From an uncultured Thermoplasmatales archaeon (GTDB lineage: Archaea; Thermoplasmatota; E2; DHVEG-1), in contig CAZWQV010000004.1 in the NCBI GenBank assembly GCA_964636235.1, positions 3,257-67,256 on the forward strand: a stretch of 64,000 nucleotides of DNA. The letters are read 5' to 3'. The notes beneath the pieces were generated by a model, which saw only the letters and a program-made list of their open reading frames with translations, ran no database searches and had not been told where the DNA came from. Numbering within the stretch: position 1 is the first letter of the stretch; each line of letters begins with the position of its first letter. Of the stretch, positions 10,455-20,702 are shown in pieces. A program made the translations under genes and the position numbers.

Positions 10455-10823
10455 CTATTTTCCTTTCAATTCAGCTGTTTTTTTAACCAGTGTTTCAAGT
10501 GTGTTTTTATCTTTTCCAGGATTTAGAATTGCGATAGCTGCAGTGCTCACGTGTAAACCTGCGGCAGATCCTAACTCATCTTTACTTGGGACGTAAGCAT
10601 AGGGAATGTTTTTTTCTTCACATAATATTGGCATATGAGCAAGGATTTCCTCTGGTGAAATATCTTCTGCCATGATGACAAGTTTTGCTTGTCCTCGTTC
10701 TACTTGTTTAGTTACTTCATTTGCTCCTTTGCTTATTTTGCCTGTATCTCTAGCTTTTTCGACAAGATCATAGGCTAAATCCTGTACTTCTTTTGGGGTT
10801 TGAAATTTTACATACATTGCCAT
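10455..10823 (-). CDS. rpl7ae: 50S ribosomal protein L7Ae
   Basis: [39 protein letters not shown]. Confidence 0.97.
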   Translation of the reverse strand: MAMYVKFQTPKEVQDLAYDLVEKARDTGKISKGANEVTKQVERGQAKLVIMAEDISPEEILAHMPILCEEKNIPYAYVPSKDELGSAAGLHVSTAAIAILNPGKDKNTLETLVKKTAELKGK

Positions 10824-10899
10824 TCTTTTATTAGCCTCCTTTTGAAGCCGTCATTGATAATATCCTCTAAAGGATTTAATTAGGGGTGAATAGAGGAGC

Positions 10900-10917
10900 T
10901 ATATAAATATCTTTTTC
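10900..10917 (-). promoter_or_regulatory. BRE/TATA promoter of rpl7ae operon
   Basis: Minus strand GAAAAAG-ATA-TTTATATA about 77 nt upstream of the rpl7ae ATG. Confidence 0.55.
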
Positions 10918-10947
10918 AGTGAAATGAGGCATAACGCCCTCTGTTTA

Positions 10948-12063
10948 TTAATTTAATGGAATACGTTCCACTTCTAGATTATCAGCTGTGGGGTACTGTT
11001 CTGAGATGTAACAATCATATAATTCCTTTGAAAATCTATCCGCATATTTTTTTAAAAATGAGAGGGAAACTTGTATTATCTGACGTTCTTCATTAATGGT
11101 ATAATCTTGTTTCGATAAATGATATAAGGTGTGTAAATTTGCGATAGTATGAGAAATATTGTGAGGTTTTTTTACATAAATTATCGCTTTTAGCATTGTT
11201 CCTTCATCTGTTATAATATCAAGATGATTTGCGATACTTTCTGCTCTTCGTTTTAATCTATTGGTAAGTTGTATACCATCCTTAAAGGATGATGAACAAT
11301 AATGAACTCCTATCGATAATGAATCATTAACAATTTTATTAATGATTTTATATGCATCTTCTTGACTTTGAAATACAGCTGAAGAAGCATCATTTTTTGG
11401 AGTAAATCCTCTTTCATATAACGCTTGTTCATTTTGTTCTGAAAACTCTAATTCATTTAAATTAATCCAATCTAAATGATTGTTATTTGCCCATCTTATG
11501 AGATGGATTATTTCTTTTATTTTATGTGGTATCATTGGAATTTCAATAGTTGTTTCAACGTTATTTTCCTGGGCGATGTTTATAGCAGCTCTTATTTTAC
11601 TTTTTTCAATAATGGACCATTGTTTAGGTGATGGATGAAATCTTATTTCATCAAGCCCTACATCAATAAGTTGTGGAACTACATGTGCATTTTCTAATCC
11701 TGATGTATAGAGATGAATATGAAAAGAAGGTCCAAATGTTTCCTTGAGTAATTTAATATAATTCATAGTTCTATCCCAGACATGTAAAGGATCTCCCCCG
11801 GTGATACCAGCTCCTTTTGCTTTGATCAACTCAGCTTCTTTTAACAAAATGTTTGTATCTTCTTCATTTGATAATTTCCATTCATTTGCATAAATGACAT
11901 CTTTGTTTATTTTTTTTATACTTAAGGGACAATAAAAGCAATGTGCTGGGCATAAACCAGTTATAAGGATCACCATCTTTGCCCCTTCTGCACATAATTT
12001 GCATCCAGTTGATAAGGAATTTATATAAATACTATCATTTAACCAATGTTTTATTTTTGTCAT
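10948..12063 (-). CDS. Radical SAM protein, uncharacterized archaeal family (COG2108-like)
   Basis: GCKLC plus CPAHCFYC (CxxxCxxC), GITGGDP, HLYT, LDEIRFHP, NLNELE, HYCSSSFKD. Confidence 0.85.
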   Translation of the reverse strand: MTKIKHWLNDSIYINSLSTGCKLCAEGAKMVILITGLCPAHCFYCPLSIKKINKDVIYANEWKLSNEEDTNILLKEAELIKAKGAGITGGDPLHVWDRTMNYIKLLKETFGPSFHIHLYTSGLENAHVVPQLIDVGLDEIRFHPSPKQWSIIEKSKIRAAINIAQENNVETTIEIPMIPHKIKEIIHLIRWANNNHLDWINLNELEFSEQNEQALYERGFTPKNDASSAVFQSQEDAYKIINKIVNDSLSIGVHYCSSSFKDGIQLTNRLKRRAESIANHLDIITDEGTMLKAIIYVKKPHNISHTIANLHTLYHLSKQDYTINEERQIIQVSLSFLKKYADRFSKELYDCYISEQYPTADNLEVERIPLN

Positions 12064-12082
12064 AAATAATCCATGATTTATT

Positions 12083-12736
12083 CTATTGAAGTCCTGTTTT
12101 GGTTATGGTAAAACCACATGTTTTTCCTTCAGGCTCAGAACGATGTTTAATAATGGTTGCTTTTCTAATGCCAGTTCCAGTTTTTTCTAATTTAATGATA
12201 CTTTTCACTAAATGTTCAACGTCTCGGCTGGTAAAGGGTTTTATATCTCCATTTTTATCGGTATATACTTGCTCTGCAATGATAACATATAAATTATGTT
12301 CACGAGCTGCTTTTTGTAAAAGAGCTGTCTGACGGGAAAATGATCGAAGACTTCCTTCTTTATCCTCTTCGCAAGTCAACCTGTAAAACATATTTAATGT
12401 GTCAACAATAATTAATTGAAGATTTTTTATTTTGAGTGCATTTTGAATCATTGTTTCCTGATCTTCAGTAGATGTTGGTGAGAAAATGAGAATCTTAGAT
12501 AATATTTTTTCTTTTTCATAATCCTGACAGATTTGATCAAGTCGTTTTATTGAAACTCCTTCTGAATCAATGTATGCTACCTTTCTTCCATTATTTGCGC
12601 ATTCTCTTGCAGCTTGCAGACAAATATTAGTTTTTCCTGTTCCAGCTTCTCCAAAAATTTCAGAAATTACCTTTGGTTCAAAACCTCCTCCAAGAAGTTT
12701 GTCTAAAGGATTACATTTTATCGGTAAATAATTCAT
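12083..12736 (-). CDS. radB: DNA repair and recombination protein RadB
   Basis: LDKLLGGG, GEAGTGKT, YIDSEG, C-terminal KHR motif, short RecA-core-only length. Confidence 0.92.
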   Translation of the reverse strand: MNYLPIKCNPLDKLLGGGFEPKVISEIFGEAGTGKTNICLQAARECANNGRKVAYIDSEGVSIKRLDQICQDYEKEKILSKILIFSPTSTEDQETMIQNALKIKNLQLIIVDTLNMFYRLTCEEDKEGSLRSFSRQTALLQKAAREHNLYVIIAEQVYTDKNGDIKPFTSRDVEHLVKSIIKLEKTGTGIRKATIIKHRSEPEGKTCGFTITKTGLQ

Positions 12737-12858
12737 TATAATAACAGGTTAGCTGTAATTCATTAAAAACCTTTTTCATTGGATAATATATTTTTTAATT
12801 CATAGAAAACGTTTATTAACAATTGATTGATACAATGGCCGCCTTTGGTGGTTTTATT

Positions 12859-13383
12859 ATGGCAAAAAGAAGCAAAGAACAAGTAGAAAAGGACGAAAAG
12901 AAAGTTATTATTAAACTTCAATCACAAGCAAAAGAAAGTATTGATGTACTTGCTGATGAATGTGGTTTTTCTGGTCCAAAATTACGAAGAATTATCAGTA
13001 ATCTAGAAGAAAAAGGAATTATCTGGGGATACCACGCGGTAACAGATTTTGATAAAATTGACCTAAATGAATATATTTTATTAGTGAAAAAGACCAATAA
13101 ACCACTGGATGAACTAGCAGAAAAAATTATTAATAGAGATATTGAAAAATTATCTGAGAAAATGGGAATTATCATTGGTTCTAGTTACTACCTACATGGT
13201 ATTTTTGACTGGATCGTCTGTTTTGCAGCTGAAGATTTACGTCATGCAAAGAAGTTTGATAGTGAATTTTTAAAGTACTTTAAACCCTGGGTACAAGAAA
13301 CTCAACTGTTGGAAAATATTTTCCCAGTTAAACGAAGTGGCATTTCTAATCCAAATATTGAACGATTAAGAGAATTTATTTAA
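12859..13383 (+). CDS. Lrp/AsnC family transcriptional regulator
   Basis: HTH followed by LEEKGIIWGYHAV. C-terminal RAM-like domain (HGIFDW). Start at MAKRSKEQ after GGTGG. Confidence 0.8.
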   Translation: MAKRSKEQVEKDEKKVIIKLQSQAKESIDVLADECGFSGPKLRRIISNLEEKGIIWGYHAVTDFDKIDLNEYILLVKKTNKPLDELAEKIINRDIEKLSEKMGIIIGSSYYLHGIFDWIVCFAAEDLRHAKKFDSEFLKYFKPWVQETQLLENIFPVKRSGISNPNIERLREFI

Positions 13384-13571
13384 TCTCTTTCTTCTTTTTT
13401 CATTGTAGTTTTTTGCGGAATTTCTTCTGGATTTGTTGTTGATGTTGGTGTTTTTTCTATTAGATTATGAAAGCATGGAAAGAATTTTTCGAGTGAATCC
13501 ATTCGTTGCAAAATGAATCCAATATCTGTTTCATTTATTTGTTTTTGATTTTTAGAATTTTGATCTTCCAT
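13380..13571 (-). CDS. Small hypothetical protein
   Basis: 63 aa ORF filling the gap downstream of ttuA, with stop overlapping the Lrp stop. No recognised motif. Confidence 0.4.
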   Translation of the reverse strand: MEDQNSKNQKQINETDIGFILQRMDSLEKFFPCFHNLIEKTPTSTTNPEEIPQKTTMKKEERD

Positions 13572-13644
13572 GAGTATTATTTTACCATCAATAATACTTA
13601 TATCTTTTGTTTTTTTTTATTTAAGTTGCTTTTAAAAAACAACT

Positions 13645-14568
13645 TTATATCAATGATAATTGACTTTTTAAAATACAGGTTTTACAGAGCTGTTGTATAG
13701 TAGGTTCCTGGCATTTCTGACAAGCATGAAGGGAAGCGGCAGGATATTTTTCGATTAATAACTCTTTTATTGCATCATAACTTTTAATAATACTGTGTCT
13801 TGTACCAGGATTTCTTTCTTCAAGCTCATAAATAATCTCTTTGATATACTGTCGAGATGCTTCAACAGCGTATGGGCATTCTGCATCATGAACTTGGTAG
13901 CCTTGAATAAATGCATATAAAGCATTTTCTTTTTCAGGAATAACCCTTAATGGAATGATTCTTGGTACCAATCCAGGTTGTATTTTAATATGGGGTCCAA
14001 GACGAGCTAATTTTTCCATATCTGCATTTACAAAATTCATTAAAATAGATTGGGCCATATCATCTAAGTTATGGCCTGTGACTAAGCGCTGTAAAGAAAG
14101 TTCTTTTGATATCGTGTTTAAACAAAATCGACGAAAAACCCCGCAGTAACTGCAGGCACCAAGTTCTCTATGTGGCAGGTTCATGATCTCATCCATAGTT
14201 TTCCCAATTTTCTCTTTGAAGGAAATGATTTGATGACTGACATTTAATTTTTTACACTGGTCCTGGGCTATCCTGAGACTGTCATCCCGATAGCCTTTTA
14301 TCCCTTCGTCAATACTAATCCCGATAAGTTCTATATCTTTTCTTTGCCCATATAATTCAACCATGATATGCAATGCAACGATACTATCCTTGCCTCCAGA
14401 TATAGCAACACCGATTTTGCTATTTGAAGGAATATTGCCCTGCTTTCTTATTTCCTTTTTAACCCTTCTTTGATAATATAAGATAAAATGATCTTTACAT
14501 AGGTGAGTTCCATTATATCGAATAAACGTAATGGCAGGTTTTGAACATTTACTACAGATGGCAGACAT
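13645..14568 (-). CDS. ttuA: tRNA 2-thiolation protein (TtuA/NcsA/Ctu1, TIGR00269 family)
   Basis: N-terminal CxxC..LCxxH, SGGKDS PP-loop, ACSYCGVFRR, TGHNLDD, CPYA, C-terminal CxxC..CxxC. Confidence 0.9.
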   Translation of the reverse strand: MSAICSKCSKPAITFIRYNGTHLCKDHFILYYQRRVKKEIRKQGNIPSNSKIGVAISGGKDSIVALHIMVELYGQRKDIELIGISIDEGIKGYRDDSLRIAQDQCKKLNVSHQIISFKEKIGKTMDEIMNLPHRELGACSYCGVFRRFCLNTISKELSLQRLVTGHNLDDMAQSILMNFVNADMEKLARLGPHIKIQPGLVPRIIPLRVIPEKENALYAFIQGYQVHDAECPYAVEASRQYIKEIIYELEERNPGTRHSIIKSYDAIKELLIEKYPAASLHACQKCQEPTIQQLCKTCILKSQLSLI

Positions 14569-14708
14569 AATCCCATGACATAAATCGATAAAACAAAAAC
14601 TTTGTTGTTACAAACATTTTTACGAAGGCAACATTTTTAGAATAGAAGAAGATATGTGTGAAAACAGTTCATACAAAAAATAAATGACTTTGATAGGGGA
14701 GATTTCTC

Positions 14709-16232
14709 ATGACGGTTATATTAAACGGATCTGGACTAACTATTGAAAAACTTGTAAAAATAGCTCGTTTTAAAGAAAAAGTTAAACTTGATGATCAAGC
14801 CATAAAAAGAATAATTAAATGTCGGAAACTAGTTGAAAAAAAGATAGCTGATAAAGAAATAATGTACGGAATCAATACAGGTATAGGAGAATTTTCCGAG
14901 ATTGTATTAAACGATGATCAGATTAAACAATTTCAAAAATATCTTATTTATAACCATGCAGCGGGTATTGGTGATCCAGCACCTATTGAATACATTCGTG
15001 GAGCGATGGCTGCTCGAATAAATGTACATGCACATGGTCAATCAGGAAATCGTATTGAAATCACCAAAACATTAGTAGAAATGTTGAATAAAGATGTCGT
15101 TCCATATGTTTGTCAAAAAGGAAGTGTGGGTGCTTGTGGCGATCTTGCACCTATGTCCCAGATAGCACTTTTACTGCTTGGTGAAGGAAAAGCGTATTAT
15201 GACGGTGAATTACTACCCGGAAAAAAAGCCATGGAGAAGGCGGGCATTATGATTCCCGGCCTTCATGCACGGGATGGTCTTGCAGTAATAAATGGATGTA
15301 ATGTATTAACAGCGATGAGTGCAATTTTTTTATATGATGCAAATCGATTTTTAAAACAGGCTGAAATCGCCGCTGCTATGAGTCTTGAAGCGTTAAAAGC
15401 GAATATGAAGCCATATACCCCAAAACTTCATGAGGCTCGAGGATTTCCAGGGGCTATTCGAAGTGCAAATGCTATCTGTAAATTAATAACAGGTGGAGAT
15501 TTACAGAAAGAAAAGATACAATGTAAGGTGCAGGATGCCTATAGCATGCGTTCTACTCCGCAAGTTATTGGTGCTGCTCATGATGGCATTCGATGGGCAA
15601 AAGAGCAAATAGAAATTGAACTAAATGGCGTAGGTGATAATCCTGTTTTTTTCCCGGAAGAGAAGTTACAATTATCTGGTGCTAATTTCCAAGGAACTCC
15701 AGTTGGTTTACCGATGGATATGGCAGGCACAGCGATTACCATGGTTTGTATATTAAGTGAAAGACGGATGAATCGGTTGAATAATCCAGCCTTAAATGTT
15801 GGATTGCCTGCCTTTTTAACTAAAGGGGCTGGAATGTTTTCAGGTTTAATGCTTAGCCAATATACTGCTGATCATCTTATTGTTGAACAAAAACTTCTCT
15901 CGTCACCTGCATCAATTCAGTCCATTCCGGCTGCTGCAGATCAAGAGGATTTTGTATCAATGGCTATGAATACTGCCATTAAAAATATGCAGATATTGGA
16001 AAATGCTTATGGAATATTAGGAATTGAATTTATGGCAGCAGCTCAAGCATTAGATTTTAGAGAGTATCATTTCGGCAAAGGTGTACATACCGCGAAAGAA
16101 ATTGTCAGGTCCTATGTAGATTTTCTTGATGAGGATCGTCCATTATATCCTGATCATACAAAAATGAGAGAACTTGTAAAATCATGCGAGATCCTAGAAG
16201 CCGTAGAGAAAAAAATCGGCCCATTAGAATGA
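14709..16232 (+). CDS. hutH: Histidine ammonia-lyase (aromatic amino acid ammonia-lyase family)
   Basis: YGINTGIG, NHAAG, GSVGACGDLAP, DGLAVING, VQDAYSMR, DNP, GANF, QEDFVSM. hutU is present elsewhere in the window. Confidence 0.85.
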   Translation: MTVILNGSGLTIEKLVKIARFKEKVKLDDQAIKRIIKCRKLVEKKIADKEIMYGINTGIGEFSEIVLNDDQIKQFQKYLIYNHAAGIGDPAPIEYIRGAMAARINVHAHGQSGNRIEITKTLVEMLNKDVVPYVCQKGSVGACGDLAPMSQIALLLLGEGKAYYDGELLPGKKAMEKAGIMIPGLHARDGLAVINGCNVLTAMSAIFLYDANRFLKQAEIAAAMSLEALKANMKPYTPKLHEARGFPGAIRSANAICKLITGGDLQKEKIQCKVQDAYSMRSTPQVIGAAHDGIRWAKEQIEIELNGVGDNPVFFPEEKLQLSGANFQGTPVGLPMDMAGTAITMVCILSERRMNRLNNPALNVGLPAFLTKGAGMFSGLMLSQYTADHLIVEQKLLSSPASIQSIPAAADQEDFVSMAMNTAIKNMQILENAYGILGIEFMAAAQALDFREYHFGKGVHTAKEIVRSYVDFLDEDRPLYPDHTKMRELVKSCEILEAVEKKIGPLE

Positions 16233-16240
16233 TACAATGT

Positions 16241-17887
16241 TTAAAGGATGCTTTTAAGAATTTCGATATTCATCTCGATTGCAATAATCGGATGTTCCAG
16301 TTCAAAATTGATGATTGTTTGTGGATGTAATTCACCAAAAAATCCAATTTCTTTCTCATGTACTTTCACTGATGCACAGCGTCCTTTTACAAATGCATTA
16401 TGATCTTTTTCAGTGATAATATATGGTTGGATGCCTAATTCCCTTAGAATGCCTTCAACATATGATTTACATTCTGTGAAATGTGATTTTGCACTTGTTT
16501 TTAAAACACCTAAATGGTATATATTCTTATATGTTTCATTAACTATGATGCCCACTTCGAAAATTTTTTGTGGTAAGGGATGATGTTTATTTTCTGCTAG
16601 TATTTTTAATAGAGAGGGAAGTAATGTGGTTCTGATACAAGAATAATCTTCACTTATAGGATTTTTCAGTTCGACTTTTTTTCCCGATTCTATACCAAGT
16701 TTATGATACTCATCTCTCTCATTTGTGATAGTAAAGGTAGTAACTTCATTGAATCCAAATCCTATCATAATCATTCGTAAATTATCAAAAAGATTCTGGT
16801 CTGGAAGATGTTTTCCAAAGGTAAATACTCTAGGTAGTTTTCTATTGAATTGTTCAAAACCATATCCTATTGCAACATCTTCAACTAAGTCAATTTCGTG
16901 TAGTATATCTGATCGCCAAGCAGGAATGGAAATTGAGAGTGTTTTATCATCTTTAATTTCACAATTATATCCCATTTTTTCAAGGGATTGAATAATTTGA
17001 TCAGAACTAAATTTTGGCCCAAGGATTTTTCGGACATAATCTAAGGTAAGAGTTCTTTTTTGAGGAGATAGGTTTGGTGAAATAATTGTTTCATTTCCAT
17101 CTTTTATAGTTGTTGAATATATTGTGCCGCCACGCTCTGCAAGAGCAGTTGTAACAATATTTAGCGCGACATTAACCGCTTTCACATCCGAGCCGGTAAC
17201 ATCAATGAATAAATCCTTTGTATAAGGAGTTACCTCTGTGAGAATACCATTAATTATCGGTGGAAACGATAGTACATTATTATATGCATCTGTAATTAAT
17301 GGATAAGTGTCGTAATCTTTTAAAAGATGTGCATATGCAATTCCTTTTTCATGTTTTTCTAAGATTTCTTGTAAATCCATTGAATCAACTTTTGCTAATG
17401 GTACAAATTGATGGGATCTTGGATCAACTGCTTTATAAATAAATGGTGATTGCACTGGTTCATAATTGTGAACCCCGATAGCTACTTTTTTTCTATTTCT
17501 TCCGATACCAAAATGAAGCTTTTCTTGAAGATCCATTAAAGATGCGATTAATTCATCGCTCATCGTGACATTTTTCACCATTGCGCATCGAATGACTGGT
17601 CGAACTTTTTTTACTGAAGGATCAACATCAATAATAATATCTGATTGATTTATAGGATATGTCGTTAAACCAGTCATATAGGAAAAAAATGCTCTTGACG
17701 CTCTTACTATCCCTTCAACAGATAGAAGATCTGGTCTGTCTGGAAAAAACTCTATACTAATCGTATTATCTTCAACCTTATCTAAATCAGCACCGATCAT
17801 TGGAAGTTTTTCCAGGAACTTTTCTTTTGATAATGGTTGTTTGAGCAATTGAATAAAATCATTGAAATCAAATGTTACTAATGGCAT
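16241..17887 (-). CDS. pheT: Phenylalanine--tRNA ligase beta subunit (archaeal type)
   Basis: PDRPDLLSVEG, LQEKLH...GRNRKKVAIG, SFPPIIN, PAWRSDILHEIDLVEDVAIGYG, GELHP. Confidence 0.96.
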   Translation of the reverse strand: MPLVTFDFNDFIQLLKQPLSKEKFLEKLPMIGADLDKVEDNTISIEFFPDRPDLLSVEGIVRASRAFFSYMTGLTTYPINQSDIIIDVDPSVKKVRPVIRCAMVKNVTMSDELIASLMDLQEKLHFGIGRNRKKVAIGVHNYEPVQSPFIYKAVDPRSHQFVPLAKVDSMDLQEILEKHEKGIAYAHLLKDYDTYPLITDAYNNVLSFPPIINGILTEVTPYTKDLFIDVTGSDVKAVNVALNIVTTALAERGGTIYSTTIKDGNETIISPNLSPQKRTLTLDYVRKILGPKFSSDQIIQSLEKMGYNCEIKDDKTLSISIPAWRSDILHEIDLVEDVAIGYGFEQFNRKLPRVFTFGKHLPDQNLFDNLRMIMIGFGFNEVTTFTITNERDEYHKLGIESGKKVELKNPISEDYSCIRTTLLPSLLKILAENKHHPLPQKIFEVGIIVNETYKNIYHLGVLKTSAKSHFTECKSYVEGILRELGIQPYIITEKDHNAFVKGRCASVKVHEKEIGFFGELHPQTIINFELEHPIIAIEMNIEILKSIL

Positions 17888-18182
17888 AATAGTCGTTGTG
17901 AATAAATTTGTAGTATATTTGATTTTGGACCGATCACTTTACTATCGTAATTCAAGTTTTTTTATTATTGAGGATAAAATGATTTTAGGATAAACCAAAG
18001 TTTAAAAAAATGGGTAAAGAATAAATAATATTATGTTATGGAATGATACGAGAGGTGCTCATTTCATTGGAAATATTTCCATATGGACATTAAATCTTAT
18101 AAAATATTTCATTATACTGATATTTACTTTCGAAGATTAATGATTATAAATTGTATGTTTACGATAGGAAGATTGTGATACA

Positions 18183-19385
18183 ATGGATTTGAAACAGGAA
18201 AGAATTACTACCTTACATCAGTTTAATGTCAATAAAAAAACATTATTTAAAACAGTTAGCGATTGTACTATAGAGCGTCCTGTATCTGTTGTTATGCCTA
18301 TGTTATATAGAGAAATAACAAGTGACGCTCTAATTAACATAAAAAAAGGATTAAATAAATGTACCTTCTTAAATGAGATAATTATTCCTTTAGCTGCACA
18401 AAATAATAAAGAATTCAACCATGTTAAAAAATTTTTCTCAGATTTACAAATCCCTCATTTAATCATGTGGTGTAATGGTCCAAAAATAGATCAACTCCTG
18501 TATGATTTACAAAATGAGGGTATTAATCTTCAAAAATATAGGGGAAAAGGAAGAGATGTTTGGCTTGCATTGGGAATTGCTGCATTACGTTCATATGCTG
18601 TCGCATTGCACGATGCAGATATTATGTTATATGATGAAACGATTCCAGCCAAATTAGTTTATCCCCTTGTTGAACCTGAGTTAGAATTCAAATTTAATAA
18701 AGGATATTATGCTCGAGTAAATACGGAAAAGGGAATTATGTATGGTCGAGTTGTTCGGTTATTTTTATATCCCTTACTTGAAGCATTTGTAACAAAACAA
18801 CAATGTCAATTACATTTTGTTGAATTTTTACAATCATTTCGATATCCATTATCCGGAGAGTTTGCCTTAACAAGTGACCTGGCTCGAGATGTTGATATTC
18901 CTGGAAATTGGGGTCTTGAGATTGGTATCATGGCAGAAATGTTTCGAAATGTCATTACAAAACGAATATGTCAGACGGATTTAGGCTTTTATGATCATAA
19001 ACATCAGTCAATTGGCAATGAAGACCAAGGTCTGGTTAAAATGGCAGGTGATATCCTTGAAACTCTTTTACGGGTTCTCATTGAAGAAGATCAAGTTGAA
19101 ATATCATCTGAGTATCTTATTGCAATAAGAGTGCTCTATCAACGATTTGCACAGGATTATATTAGAAAATATCATGCTGATGCTCATTTCAATAATCTCA
19201 ATTATGATCGACATATTGAGGAGCAAATGGTAGAAGAATTCAGTAAGCAAATCGTTATTTCAGGTGAACATTATTTGAAAAATCCTGTTGGAGCACGAAT
19301 CCCTGATTGGCTTCGAACGATATCAGCCCGAAAAAAAATACGAGAACAATTATTAGATATTGTGATGATTGATAATGAAAAATAG
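18183..19385 (+). CDS. gpgS: Glucosyl-3-phosphoglycerate synthase (Methanococcoides/Persephonella-type GpgS)
   Basis: ITTLH start, GKGRDVW, LHDADI, KGYYAR, YGRVVRLF, FRYPLSGEF, WGLEIG, YDHKHQ, IPDW. Confidence 0.8.
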   Translation: MDLKQERITTLHQFNVNKKTLFKTVSDCTIERPVSVVMPMLYREITSDALINIKKGLNKCTFLNEIIIPLAAQNNKEFNHVKKFFSDLQIPHLIMWCNGPKIDQLLYDLQNEGINLQKYRGKGRDVWLALGIAALRSYAVALHDADIMLYDETIPAKLVYPLVEPELEFKFNKGYYARVNTEKGIMYGRVVRLFLYPLLEAFVTKQQCQLHFVEFLQSFRYPLSGEFALTSDLARDVDIPGNWGLEIGIMAEMFRNVITKRICQTDLGFYDHKHQSIGNEDQGLVKMAGDILETLLRVLIEEDQVEISSEYLIAIRVLYQRFAQDYIRKYHADAHFNNLNYDRHIEEQMVEEFSKQIVISGEHYLKNPVGARIPDWLRTISARKKIREQLLDIVMIDNEK

Positions 19386-19409
19386 TATGAGGAAAGGTGG
19401 GATGAAGAA

Positions 19410-20690
19410 ATGAATCAAGAATGGAATAAAGATGTATGTTTACAACAAGATACTGCAGAAAAAGCAAAACAGATGAGAGATATTGATATAATGGTTGGCG
19501 TCTTATGTAAAGATGTTGAAACCACCGTGTTGAATGTATTAAATGTTGTCAACGAAGGCTTATATAAATATTTTCCAGATTATAACATGGCGATAGTAGT
19601 ATCAAAAGCAAAATCAACAGATAATACTGATGGGGCGATTAATTTATTTCATCCTTATAGTAATATACAATTTCTGGTAGCAGATGATATCACTTCTGGT
19701 GGAAAAGGAGCGGGGGTTATGACTATCTTTGAAATAGCAAATCAAGCCAATGCAAAATGTGTATTGCTCATGGATGGTGATTTACTTAGTATTAAACCAG
19801 AATGGATTCAAATGATGGCAAATCCAATTGTCTATGGGCGATCTGATCTTACAGTCCCTTATTATATTAGAGATAAAAACGATGGAGTGATTACCAATAA
19901 TCTGGTATATCCATTTACTCGAACACTTTATGGGGTAGATATTAGACAGCCTATTGCAGGTGAATTTGCATTATCTAAAAATCTTTATGAACTACTGAGA
20001 AATCATCCATTGTTTCCTCCTGATTTCGGTATTGATATTTTTATTGTGACCTGTGCAGCTGCTGAAGGTTTTTATGTAAAAGAAGGACTTTTTTCATTAA
20101 AAATCCATGAATCCACTATGCACTATCTGAAACCTGAAAAATTTTTAATACCTATGTTTCGCAAAGTTACGAAAAGCATGTTTGAACTTGCAAAATATTA
20201 TGAAGCATATTGGAAAAAAAAGCCAAATCGATGGTTTTCCAAACATCCACGTGATAATTTCAGTAAACAACCAATTCCCGTCAAGGTAAACATCTATGAA
20301 ATGCATAATTCATTCAATAATGAATATCTAGCTTCAAAAGAGGTCATGAATCGATTTTTACCTAATGAGATCATGGATTTGGTTGAAAATGTTGTTCATC
20401 ATGATGCGGATTTTAATGCTGAATTATGGACAAAAGTCGTGTTTCATTATGCTGCATCATACCGAAATTTAACGAATGATGCTGAAATTTATTCACTATT
20501 GGATACCTTGAAAACATTATGGCTTGGCCGATTTGTCAGTTATGCAAAACAAGTGGAACATATGGATATTAGTCAAGCGGAAAAAGTTATTCAATCTCAA
20601 GCTGATGTCTTTGAGAATAATTTTGAGTATTTAAAAAATATATATGCTGATGAATCTCAACTTACTATGCTAGATTCGAACAATGAGTAA
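19410..20690 (+). CDS. Single-step glucosylglycerate synthase-like GT (Ggs/Mgs family)
   Basis: GKGAG, DGDLLSIKPEW, YYIRDKNDGVITNN..YPFTR.LYG.DIRQPIAGEF, FGIDI, WLGRFVS. Confidence 0.75.
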   Translation: MNQEWNKDVCLQQDTAEKAKQMRDIDIMVGVLCKDVETTVLNVLNVVNEGLYKYFPDYNMAIVVSKAKSTDNTDGAINLFHPYSNIQFLVADDITSGGKGAGVMTIFEIANQANAKCVLLMDGDLLSIKPEWIQMMANPIVYGRSDLTVPYYIRDKNDGVITNNLVYPFTRTLYGVDIRQPIAGEFALSKNLYELLRNHPLFPPDFGIDIFIVTCAAAEGFYVKEGLFSLKIHESTMHYLKPEKFLIPMFRKVTKSMFELAKYYEAYWKKKPNRWFSKHPRDNFSKQPIPVKVNIYEMHNSFNNEYLASKEVMNRFLPNEIMDLVENVVHHDADFNAELWTKVVFHYAASYRNLTNDAEIYSLLDTLKTLWLGRFVSYAKQVEHMDISQAEKVIQSQADVFENNFEYLKNIYADESQLTMLDSNNE

Positions 20691-20702
20691 CGTAGGATTA
20701 AT

